64,000 nt of DNA from the human T2T-CHM13v2.0 reference genome, Homo sapiens. Positions within the stretch are counted from its first letter, which is position 1. Each line of letters starts with the position of its first letter. Positions 43,501 to 55,277 of this stretch are shown piece after piece. The stretch lies in assembly GCF_009914755.1 (NCBI RefSeq), contig NC_060931.1; one strand, given 5' to 3'. Under the pieces are notes generated by a model. That model was not told the DNA's origin and did no database searches. It saw only the letters and a program-made list of their open reading frames with translations. A program made the position numbers and the translations under genes.

Positions 43501-45952
43501 ATTGTGTGCCTGAACTATGATCCAAAAGGCCAGGTGGGCAGACCTTTATGCACTGATGAGTAGCCTCTCTGTGGCCCAGAACAAAAAATGCAACCCTGAT
43601 GGCTAACATGTGGTTTTCTGCTGTATTGCATTTACAGAGATCTATGGTGTAATTCATTCTCGATAGGTGAGGAGACAGCGGAATTTAGACTAAGACTGTC
43701 AGCAAATTAATATCCTAGCTTTTTAGCACTAAATGTTTCCACCCAAACTGGAGAAAAGAAAAAAAAAATTTCTTAGCCATAGTTGAGTAACCATCATTTA
43801 GAATTTAGGATGATTTTTACAGATGTCTCCTAAGATTGATAGTAGTACGGGATTTCATAGCAACAAATATTTTGGGGGTATGAATTATTTGCATAATATA
43901 TTGCACTCTAAAAAAATGGTTGCATACTTTACCGTTTACAAAATTGGCTTATTTTACTGTTTTTGCTTAAGCAACACTGGTAAGTTTTCGTATTAAAGTA
44001 GTGTATATTTGAATGAAGTCTTTATTTTATGGCCTGTAAGTAGAAAAGCATGTCACCTAATTCAGAGCCCATGTAAATGAATGGGATTCTATCCTATTGT
44101 GCTGCTTCAGAAGTAGGAAAGTCAGGCTATATCTAAAGATCTTGAGCCCTAGATGAAAACAAAATTTTCTATCTTGTAATTCACATGTCCTGCCTAATTT
44201 AGATAAAGGGAAGACAGAAGTAGGAGGAGAATTTACTCATAAATTGAGGTTCAGGAAATAGCACATTGTAGTAGAATGTATGGGTGTTCCATTCAGAAGA
44301 CTCAGCCTGAACCTGGCTCCAAAACCGGCTACCTTGTCATCATTGGTCAAGTTGTCAGACTTCCCCTGACCCCCAGATTCCTGATCTAGGAGAAGGTAGT
44401 ACCGTAATACCTACACTAGCAGCTTTGTTTTAAGGAATCAGTGTTTGGAAGGCAGGTGGTAAATTGTGAAGTTCGGAACAAGTTCATTTTTTGTTGTTAT
44501 TATCAGCGCTGACTCCTGGTAGGGAAAACTCATTAGCATGTTTGTCTTCAAGCCAGCAGCTCTCATGTGAGAGTGAGTCTCCATCTGCTCTGACCACTTC
44601 TGTTCCATTTCTTCTATTTCCTACATATGCTCAGTCCCAGAACTCAGATTGTTGGAGCTACTTGCTTTACTCATTTGTAAACTTGGTTGGGGAGCTGAAA
44701 CCTCAGGGGTTTCTATTTCCAACTCCAGTCAAGGATGTCTTTACCTATCTAGTTACTTTATTGTTAATACTGTGGGCCTGTGGGTTCAAATATGTTTCCA
44801 TGGATATCAACACTATTACTTTAGATTCAGTAGATTTATTTGATAGCTATTTTAACGGTAGCCAAGCTGCTGGTTTATTTCTAGTTGAACATTAGTGGCT
44901 GTCTCTGCTATGCTATTTTTTAAAATAAATTTTCCAGCAGATACAAATGCTTTTAAAAAAGGATTCTAATAATAAGGTTAAGTGTTCTAAAATCATCTGT
45001 AATGTCACTTGTTTTGCCCCAATCTCACATGACTCATCTGCCTGTTGTTTCATAATAGTTGTTGTGACATTTGCAGTAAATGTTATGCTCCCTTCTGAGT
45101 GGGTGTAGAGCTGTGGTTTTAGATAGCAGCAAATAAAACACGTTCCCCCCACCCCCAATTCAGGGAAAGGAGGTTGCTATGACAAAATAATCATTTACTA
45201 GGAATAACATGAGTCAATATTTTAAAGTAAGATCTTTAACAAAACATCAGTGCCTTTCAAATGCTAAGGAAACTCTGTCAAATGATCTTTCTTTTTTTGT
45301 TTTTTGTTTTTTGTTTTTTGGTCTCACAATATGTCTCACCATTTTATAGTAACACCTTCTTTGGTGTCCAGTAAAATGAAAACTTGAGAGATTTCTACTG
45401 CTTCAACAATTTTTTTAATTACGTGGAGATTTTAATTTTCTATGAGCTATCTGAAAGAAGAGTAGAAAATAAATACAATCTTGAAAAATCCCATGAAAAC
45501 CATAGGCAAATATTAAATGATTGAGGCTTTTCTTTTTTAAAACGTGGCTATGTTCTTTTTAGATAGCCTGGATTCAGGGACTTGGGACCTTGTAAAGCCA
45601 AAGCTGATTGACACTCATAAGGATGTCTTCCTGTATGCCATTCTAATAGACACACATGTTACCTGATAGAGCTGGGCAGAGGTGCTTCAGTCTCAGGCTG
45701 AAGGTTCTGAAGTCCAGGGAAGTTGGGTGCTGCCCAGGGTTACAAGCCATGAGTGGGAGAGCTCAAGTATAAGACACTTAGGCCAGACTTCGTTTCACAA
45801 GTCCAGGCTGCTCCTCACCAAAATTCTGTGTGTATATATATATTTTTTCTTTTTCTGATTCTCATGCATATTGTAGATAATTTGGAATATACAGTAAACT
45901 GAAAATTCTATATCCACATTTCTGTGAGCTTTTTAAAATGTGAGTGATTACT

Positions 45953-46214
45953 GGCCAGGCATGGGGGCTCACATCTATAATCTCAGCAATTCGGGAGGCT
46001 GAGGTGGGAGGATAACTTGAGGCCTGGAGTTTAAGACGAGCCTGGGCAACATAGAAAGACCCTGTCTCTACAGGGAGAAAAAAAAAAACCTAACAAACAT
46101 TAGCCAGGAGTTTGAGCCCAAGAGTTTGAAGTTACAGTGGGCCTTGATCGCACCACTGCACTGCAGCCTGGGCGACAGAGCAAGATCCTGTCTTAAAAAA
46201 AAAAAAAAAAAAAA
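45953..46214 (+). mobile_element. AluJ with a deletion at the start of the right arm
   Basis: Left arm intact; ATTAGCCAGGAG joins directly to TTTGAGCCCAAGAG; poly(A) tail. Confidence 0.88.
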
Positions 46215-49200
46215 GGAAAAAGGAAAAGTAGGTAATTATTTACATAACTAGTATAACTAGCATTCTGTCAAGGGCTATCATTGACTTTTTTGTCTTCTTA
46301 AGAGTAAGAAAAGTATTTGTTTATCTTCTTCTCTTTCCCTTCCTCCTTTTTTCCCTGCCTCCCTCCCTCCTTCCTTGGTTCCTTCTCTCCATCTCCTTTC
46401 CCCACTTTCATTTTCCTTGCTCCTGGAGGCATCATTCTCTCCCGTGTTCTTGTTTATATGAATTTTTACATCATATATATTTTTTACTTTGCATCCATGA
46501 GTTTTAATGGGATATAAATGGCACAATGTTATCTGCATCATTCCATTTTCTTGCTTTTATCACTAAGCCTGTGTTTTTACATCCAGACACCATGTCTTTA
46601 TGGATGCAGAAGTCCAATGGTGTGCTTTCAATCACCACAAAAATCCATCGTGGGTGCTGCCGCGTACTGATTCCCCGAGGTAGATGTCCTGGTGCCCTTC
46701 AATATATACCATGGCCCATCATCCTACAGCTTAATGAGATAATTTCTCGAAGTTAGAATTCCCAGCAAAGCCATCACTGGGTCATGGTATACAGAATAAT
46801 TATTTTGGTTTAAAGTTCAGCAGAATTGCTGTACCAGACTACTGTCCCACCAGCATCATATGAGAGTTTTTAGCTTTCTGAATCCCTGTGGCAGTTGACA
46901 TTGTCCATTTTTCTAATTATACCCAGTGTCCCTTCTGGAAGACATTCTCACTCTTTTAATTGAAATCAGTGGCTTAATTTAAATTCCACATAAATAGCTC
47001 TATTGAGAGGCATAATGTTCCAGTCCATGTGTTTTGTATTCATTTGAATTACAAATATTATTTATGAGATGCCCCTCCTATTGACATAACAGGAGAGAAA
47101 TTAAATAAGATTTTGAAGAGCCTTAGTAAAATGTGAGTAGGCCACCCCTACCCCAGCACTTGGCCCATTTCATATCTCATGTCCCAACATAATGCTCCTT
47201 CCTCTAATTACAGTAATTATCACAAGTCAAAGAATTAGCTCTTTACTTTTCTGTGCACCTACCATGTGAATTGGTGTTTTATAGGACATCTTTGTACGCC
47301 TTGCACCCAACACCATTAATCTAAGACAGAGAAGTTACCCGTTAATTGTTTTGTGAAGGTTAAACAATAGCCATTCATACATTTACTATATTCATTTTAT
47401 CTAACCACAATAAAAATCTTTGGTTCTGAAAAATTTTCAGATTAAAACCGTCATTTCCATGTTCTAAACTGCAAAGTATTGGCATCATAGCAAAGCACTG
47501 ATTTAAGGGCTGGGCCAGATTCAAAACTTCTTCTTGGAAAAATCTTGGCTTTGTCTGAAAACACTTGTGAGCTCACTGCAATGCTAAGGTGGGATGGTCT
47601 TCCAGCCTTGCAAGAATGCTAGTCAGGATCTTTCATTGTGTCAGGTGAATGGTACCCCTCCCAATCTGTTAGTCTGACTTTAAAGTGTGTCTGTACTCAA
47701 TTAGCAGTGTAGACTATGGCTCCAGGTCTTATTAAGAGATAAACGTGGAACAGATAGACTGCTCCGATCAAAAAGCATAGTTGAGGAAAGCTGTATTTAA
47801 AGAAAATAATTCAAGGGAAATGGTTTTTCATTTCTCTGAAGTCATCCTAGACCTTGAAAGTCTACATAAATGCTATGCCTGTTTCCTTATCTGTAATCCA
47901 AGGAGATAAGCTAAGCAATGTCCCGGTCTGTAAAGTTTCTATGAAGACGACATACCAGTTAAGAGTCTTTGGGAAGAACCAACTATACCTAGTAGATATG
48001 GGGGACACAGAACCATCCTTGCTTCATCAAGAATTGTCTCCATGACTTGAAGATCCTGACATTTATAAAGTCACCGGAGCTTTTTTCTTGTGCCAAGTCC
48101 CCTGACTCCCAGTTGCACTCCTTTATTCCTGCCATGAGCTTCAGAGCCTGAGTTTGCTTCCTCTTCTCCTCCAAAGCCACCACCATTCTCCCTACTTTTC
48201 TGTGGTTCCCCTGTCTTCCAGCAGTGGCTGCAGAGTCATACTCCCTGTAGCAGCAGCTGTCAACAAATCTCATAGCCTTGGTCAGTTTAAAGGTTTTGTT
48301 GCTGGTCCCACATGGAAGCAAAATTGGGGAAATGACTCAGTTTCCTCATCGACAGCATGAGCATAATGGTAGCTTGAGAGTGCCTGTGAAGAATAGGTTA
48401 GCCTCCAAAAAATTCTGGCCCAGGACACCATGGTAGGTGCTGAATATCAGTACACTGCCAGAGGAAATGGAGCCACTCAAGTTTTATAGGAAACTACAAA
48501 GATCTGCAATCCCAGAGTAAGACTGTCCCCAAATCTCTTCACTGTAGTCAAAGCCAGTGTGAGGAGCCAGTGTGTTGCTGCCATTATTACGTCTGAGAAG
48601 ATAATCTATTTCTCCTTTTAGTTTAAGTCTGGTTCCTGTGATGAGGTGGGAGGATATCACAGAAATTCTCTCTGGGAAACAAAGAAAACTCTTTTGTGAG
48701 GTCTATGGTATTTTTTGTGCCATTCTCCCAGTCCGTGTCAAATCCCCTAGTCCATATCTTAGTGCTGTGAGAAGCAGATATAACCTTGAATGAATATTAT
48801 GCCCTATTTAAAATGCTTATTTTTCCACACTTATTTTCTCTTCAATGAATACAGATAAGTGAATAACATATCCTTTTATTTTAAATTACTATTTACTGCC
48901 AATAAGCTAGTTAAAATATTTTTACTTCCTTATATGTTCCTTTTGTTCTTGTACAGGTATTCTATACTTACAATTTTCGTGAAAAGCTTATTATTTGTAT
49001 GAGTAAAAGAGTAGCTTGCCTTTTTGTGTACAGCAAGTATGCAACTCTGTCTGATAGCTCATAAAATAAAATTGCAACCCCACACATTGTAATTTTAAAA
49101 TCTTTCCCAACAATCTTCATGCTATGTCACTTAGACAACTAATTTTTTAAAGGGCTGCATATAAAGTCAATGTAATGTTATTGCTTTCAACATACCTCTT

Positions 49201-50501
49201 GGTTTTCATGCACAAATATCTGACATGTTCCTTTAAGAAGTAACAAAATCTGAACTAGCTTTGAGTTCCAAGTTGCAATGAGAAAACTCCACATTTAACC
49301 TTGTGCTCTTATTATGTTAAGACTAAGACTCATCTCCAAACAAACGTATGATTGAGATGATGTTTTGGAATAACATCCTGTGTTTTGGTGGTGCATCACT
49401 CTTCAGTGACATTCTGAGGTTGCATTGTATCAGCACATGATATTTTCCCCGGTTAATTGATATCCCAGGTTTGTCCAGGGGAAAATCTACAGCTCCCCCA
49501 AACATGCTTGACAAGTTATTATATTTACTTTAGTCAAAGCCCGTGTGTGCAATATCCCTCTTGGAGGTGGTCTATTATTGGAGTCCCATATGCTTTTTGT
49601 TTGGGAAGAAAGCAGCCACTGTGTCATACTGTTACATGGAGTATTCTTTTTCAGGGATGTTGTTCCCTTGGGGACCATATCAGGCCAGAGTTCCTTAGTC
49701 TAATAAGACCTTTGTAACTCTTATTGTATAAAAGTTCTGGGAGGGAGGCAAGAGTTAAACAGAAAATGTAATTCAAGCAACCATATTAGGCCACATGTGG
49801 GAAAACATGACTCTTAGTAATGGATTAAAAAAAAGGTATTTGTTGTAAAAAGCACAGTGATGCCAAAACGTTCAGGGTATTTCAATGTAAATGAAGCCTA
49901 CTGTGGCATAGGACTCATAACATTTTAACATTTACTTTAGTTTCTGAATATGAATGATCTAAAAATACACCACACAGAATTGTCTATTCATAAATGTTTA
50001 TAAGTAAAAAAGATGTGATTACTATGGAAGCCCTATATGGTGATATTTAATCTAAGATTTTTCTTGGGTCAGTTTTCCCATCAATAAAATGACATTAAAT
50101 GAAGAATCAGGTGAAGATAATGACTGTGGTGGCATTATATACATATTTTTTTCACTGAGTAATACAAAAGAAGTAGACATACTAATCAGAATTATCCAAT
50201 TTTATCATTGTACTTTATCAGCAGATGACAAACATGCTGACCATATTTTGTATAGCCAGAATTTTATAAATGAATTTGCAAAAAATGAACATAGATGCCT
50301 TTTATTCAGATTTTATAACTATGTCTTTGGAAGAAATTTTTTATTTAAATTTGACATTATAACTTTTGGATATAGAAGTCATAAAATAAATACTTAAAAT
50401 CTTTTCTTAATTATGGTAAGACCCATTTTCTGAAATGAGAACATTTTACAGTAAAATTTGTGATACTGTGGTATTTTGAGACTCTCCTCTTTTTTTAACA
50501 G

Positions 50502-50624
50502 CAAATGGTTTCACAGCAACGCATTCTAATTCATGAAGATTCCATGAACCTGCTAAGTCTTTATACCTCTCCTTCTTTGCCCAACATTACCTTGGGGCTT
50601 CCCGCAGTGCCATCCCAGCTCAAT
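50502..50624 (+). CDS. HDAC9: HDAC9 coding exon (exon 9): [41 protein letters not shown]
   Basis: TTTTTTAACAG|CAA ... AAT|GTAAGT; 123 nt, phase 0-0; class IIa [15 protein letters not shown] motif. Confidence 0.97.
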
Positions 50625-50839
50625 GTAAGTCATTGCACAGCATCAGCCTTAATCAACCTAAGCAATATCTTTTCACAGGGGAACTCTCTTTCGTGTTTTA
50701 TGTATTTAGACTTTAGAAAAACTTGACAGAGCCAGCATCTCCTTCACTGTTTGCTATTTGCTGTGTTGTTCAAAGACATTCAGTCTAATTTCAAGTCAGA
50801 ATTATCCTGGTTCACATAATCATATGTAAACATAATAAC

Positions 50840-51040
50840 TAACATTTGTATAATGGTTTATAGCTTTTAAAAAAAAAGCACTTTCCAGATATATTATTTT
50901 AATAGCTCCACACAGCCATCCTGTGAAACAGAGATTACAGCCCACGTTTTTACAGAAGGAGAAGCTGAGACTTGGAGAGTTTCAAAGCACAAGATCACAG
51001 AGCCAGTAAGTGGCAGACCTGGAACACAAGCCAGGGCAGT
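50840..51040 (-). mobile_element. MIR relic
   Basis: TTTTACAGAAGGAGAAGCTGAGAC...CAAGATCACAGAGCCAGTAAGTGGCAGA. Confidence 0.75.
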
Positions 51041-53087
51041 GCTGAGAGCTACAGCTTCGAAAGCACAGCAGCATATGTTTATAGAATTTATTTTGTGAAT
51101 GAGTTTATTTTGGGAATTTAAGTTACTGACTCTCTGGTACTGGCGAATATGTATCTGGAAAAACTCTCTAAGAAAAATATTAAACTATTCCCAGAAGATT
51201 CAAAGTGAATCAATTAGTTTAAAAGTCCTGACAACTGAAATAGGCTCTTTCGGGAAGAAAGCAGTCACTGTATCATACTGTTACATGAAGGCCTAGAAGT
51301 GATTCCTTGTTCTGGACTCTTTGCCTTAAAATTTCCTAGTACTCAGCAGAGAAAATGGAATACTAGAGATCTCTTTGCCAAAGCAGAGCTAAACTTGAAA
51401 TGTTATTGTCATACTAGCAGAAGATGGCAATAATTATTCTAGGCATATTCCCTGAAACAGTGTCAATTTTAGTTGTAAAAAATGTGTGGGCCTTATCCAG
51501 AATAATTCATCTCTGAAATGTTAGTTAATTAAATTGTATATATACAGGGGTCATATGATACATTAGGTTTAGAGAGAAATTTATTCCAACTCTCATCACC
51601 AGTTTGGCCAATCTTTACCTTCAAGTCTTCCACTGAGTTGAATGTGTCAAGTTCACTTGTATGTTCAACACATAGTTTCAATGCGTATTTTAAAATCAAC
51701 CTAAGAGATATTATATCTGGTATTGTCAATAGACTATAATGTCATTTTATGTGGTACTGTGTTCTTATACCAATGAGGAAAAAACAAAATTTGGATGTTG
51801 TCTTATATCTGGGGATTATAAAAGAAAGCATTGAAAATACAGAATTCAGCTATGCTCTTAAAATTCCACATGAAACATTTGTAAATGAAAAACAAAAAAA
51901 GGAATTAGGAATGAAACTAAAAATAAATATTCATGGATAATATTTTACAGTTATCACTAATTAAAAAATATTTTTCCTTCTCTATTTCCTGTCTCTTCTA
52001 ATGATAAGTAAATACCAACCCAAAAACTTCTTATGACACATGAATAGGCATTTTATTTTTACTTATTTTTGTATGTTCTAAGCCACTCCTCTCAATAACT
52101 CACACATGGACCACTTTTAATGTGGTCAGGGAAAATTTTTTCCCAAAGGACCAAGTACTAAAGCCAGACCAGTTAATGTTTCAGAGGTAATACGATTTGG
52201 TACCATTGGATGAATAAACCAATGTGGTTTGGATTAAAGTTTCATTTTTCTTTGCTTCCATTTTGGTGTGGATGAGGCCATCACAATTAATTTTTCAAGT
52301 TTAGCATTGCTTTGCCAACGGGATTTGTAGTACTCCATTTCTACATTGAATACTGGGAAATTTTAAGGAAAAGAGGCCAGGACAAGGAATCACTTCTAGA
52401 TTAAACATTGCATTGACTTACTGTGTGACTCAGACAAACCACTTACCTCTTTGTCCTTCAGTTTCTCCATTGCTGAAAATTGCTTCGCCTCCCTGGTGCA
52501 CAGCAATTTTGAAAGATGAAACATGAGTTTTGAAAAGAAACATGCCACATAATTTTGAGGTATTAGAGTCCTGCTTTTGTAATAGCAAAATGACCACCAT
52601 TCATTAAATCCTTTGAATAGGATAATTCATTATTGCTATTGATGATATAATTATTATTGCCTTATTACTGTGTTATCATACATTTCAAGTTCTTAATAGC
52701 ATTTTTTGTAGTTTATTATACAAAATATCTAGAGTGTCATTTTCAATATTTAGAGATTTGGGTATCTGTTATGAATTAATATAAAATGTTTAAATCAAAT
52801 TTCTGCATATTTTTACCTCCTTTCATTGGGTTATTTTAAGAATTTAATTTAAAAAATTAAACATTGGACACTTACAGCTCTGTGAAATTATTAGAAGCCA
52901 TGTAGAGAAAGGGTAAATTGTTCCTTTTGCTTGCAACTCCAAAATTACAGTCCATCTTATCTCCAGCTTCTTAATCCCCATGATATAGTCTTTGAATAAA
53001 TTTTACCTCTCCAGTATGCCTTTAACTTAAACAGTGTATAAAATATTTTAGAAATGTACTTTCCACTTATTAAGCCTGAAATAAGCA

Positions 53088-53346
53088 TTTTTTGTTTTTT
53101 TATTGACATATAAAAGGTACATATATTTGTGGTTTACAACATAATGATTTGACATATGTATACATCGTAGAGTGACTTAAGCTAATTAACATATGCATTG
53201 TCTCACATACTTATTTTTTATGGTGAGAACACTGAAAATCTATTCTCTGAGAAATTTTCACATGTACAATATATTGTTATTAACTGTAGTCATCATCATG
53301 TACAACAGATCTCTTGAATTTATTCTTTCCACCTAAAATTGTGTAT
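53088..53346 (-). mobile_element. L1MA (MA8/9-like) 3' end fragment
   Basis: T-tail then AAGCTAATTAACATATGCATT...GGTGAGAACACTGAAAATCTA...AGATCTCTTGAA. Confidence 0.8.
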
Positions 53347-53615
53347 GTAGCATCACTTCTGATTTTAATTATAAAACCTTTTTATGTTCAATACAATGAC
53401 AATATTAAATTGTCTTCAGTGCTCCAACCCTATTTTTATTCCTTCTTTTTTGAACTGAGTTAGTTTAAAAAGTCCATTTTCCCTGCTCAGCCATTGGGTA
53501 AGATGGGGCTTTTGTTTTGGGAAGCTACAGCATAGGAAACTTGTCTAATGATTTAGAGACCCAGTGACCCACATGGATGAAAGAGGATTAACATCTTTGT
53601 TATTTCTCAACACAG

Positions 53616-53829
53616 GCTTCGAATTCACTCAAAGAAAAGCAGAAGTGTGAGACGCAGACGCTTAGGCAAGGTGTTCCTCTGCCTGGGCAGTATGGAGGCA
53701 GCATCCCGGCATCTTCCAGCCACCCTCATGTTACTTTAGAGGGAAAGCCACCCAACAGCAGCCACCAGGCTCTCCTGCAGCATTTATTATTGAAAGAACA
53801 AATGCGACAGCAAAAGCTTCTTGTAGCTG
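53616..53829 (+). CDS. HDAC9: HDAC9 coding exon (exon 10): [71 protein letters not shown]
   Basis: CAACACAG|GCT ... GCTG|GTAATT; 214 nt, phase 0-1, open frame. Absent from the ORF track. Confidence 0.96.
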
Positions 53830-54227
53830 GTAATTCATTATGGCACCATTTGCAGGTCATTTTAGGGTTTTATTTTATTAGTGATCCAGGATAATGTCTC
53901 TTTTACTCAAGACCCTGATGGAGATCCACAGTGCTATACAAAAGTTTCCCTGATACCTGGTACTGTGGGAAAGGCTATCATCTTTATTTATTCCTTCAGA
54001 TCCACTTGGGGTAGGAGGACTCACCTCATTTAACCTTTATTCATACCAGACTAGGCTGTGGTGAGTCGTATGGTCAGATGCGTACCTGTCCAATGCCTTG
54101 ACATTTCTCTCTTCCCACACCTGACCTATTCTTCTGTTGTTTGCCTGGTAGCATCACTAATTCACTAATTTTCTTACAGTTTATACCATGTATCTGTTTT
54201 CTTTGGCTTCTTATCTTTTCTTAAAAT

Positions 54228-54263
54228 TGTGTGTGTGTGTATGTGTGTGTGTGTGTGTGTGTG
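54228..54263 (+). repeat. (TG)6 TA (TG)11 microsatellite in the acceptor region
   Basis: Read directly; ends 33 nt before the exon starting at 54297. Confidence 0.97.
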
Positions 54264-54296
54264 TATACACACATATACATGTATTTTTTTTTTCAG

Positions 54297-54514
54297 GTGG
54301 AGTTCCCTTACATCCTCAGTCTCCCTTGGCAACAAAAGAGAGAATTTCACCTGGCATTAGAGGTACCCACAAATTGCCCCGTCACAGACCCCTGAACCGA
54401 ACCCAGTCTGCACCTTTGCCTCAGAGCACGTTGGCTCAGCTGGTCATTCAACAGCAACACCAGCAATTCTTGGAGAAGCAGAAGCAATACCAGCAGCAGA
54501 TCCACATGAACAAA
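54297..54514 (+). CDS. HDAC9: HDAC9 coding exon (exon 11): (G)[72 protein letters not shown], carrying the second 14-3-3 site
   Basis: T10CAG|GT ... AAA|GTAAGC; 218 nt, phase 1-0; [13 protein letters not shown] class IIa signature. Confidence 0.98.
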
Positions 54515-54998
54515 GTAAGCCTCCAAGCCAAGTCAAAATGTTCTAACCGCCAGTTTGGAAATTGGGTATCTCTTCACTGATATGGGTGTCTAAGAGGAAT
54601 GTTGATGGGAGTCACAGCAAAAAGGATGTGATCATCCTAAGCCTGCTTTCTTGGCTCAAGGACACCATCACAATATCAGTGTTTTAACCACCATTATGTT
54701 CATAAGACATTTGTAGCAAAATTGAGATGATACATTCACAAGATCTTTTTATGATCAGGTATATATTTTGGTACACAAGCCCATACGGGCATATGTATAT
54801 GGAGCCTCATTTTTTAGTGTTGCAGAAAAAGTTTGAGGCAGACTTGAATGTGGTGTGTTGACATGTCAAAAAGTTTGTACAGGTGATGACAGATAGGCCA
54901 AGATTAGCCAGTAAGGCACTTCTCAGCAACTTGTATGCATCTACGTTACATTTATTTTGCGAATGCCCCACTTCATTCCAATAAGCGTTTGGAGTAGT

Positions 54999-55277
54999 TT
55001 CTCGGAAACTTGTGATCATTTCTTCCTGGAAGTCTTAATGTTGCTAAAATAGACAGCGGATGTCTGTACCGTACCACATCCTTAGGAGCTCTCCTGCTGA
55101 GGCAACTACAAAGAAACAGTGATTGCAGCATAATATCAGACAGGCCAGTAAAGGATTTTCTATGAATTCGTAAGCAAAATGATATTAAAGAACCTGGTCT
55201 GGACAGTTTTTCCACTACTTTTTGCTGTGGTAGGCTTAAAAAAGCACCATCTTCTCATTCCTGGAAAATTCCTGGAA
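54999..55277. promoter_or_regulatory. Cluster of five GAS (TTCN3GAA) motifs; candidate STAT/BCL6 element
   Basis: TTCTCGGAA at 54999, TTCCTGGAA at 55023, TTCTATGAA at 55158, TTCCTGGAA at 55258 and 55269. Function is inferred only. Confidence 0.35.

Larger units (their letters stand above)
49603..51287. repeat. Dispersed 36-bp direct repeat pair (49603-49638 and 51252-51287)
   Basis: GGGAAGAAAGCAG[C/T]CACTGT[G/A]TCATACTGTTACATG, 34/36 identical. Confidence 0.93.

Noticed and set aside
46320-46445. Polypyrimidine tract as H-DNA or a splice acceptor
   Set aside because: Low-complexity CT-rich sequence with poor mirror symmetry and no convincing downstream exon.
41860-46930. Further old L1ME-like fragments near 41.9-42.4, 42.8-43.15 and 46.5-46.9 kb
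   Set aside because: Plausible by eye, but too diverged to name or bound without a profile search.
54188-54296. N-terminal CVCVCV part of the 130-aa ORF
   Set aside because: It is a translation of the (TG)n tract; the real exon starts at the acceptor 54296/54297.
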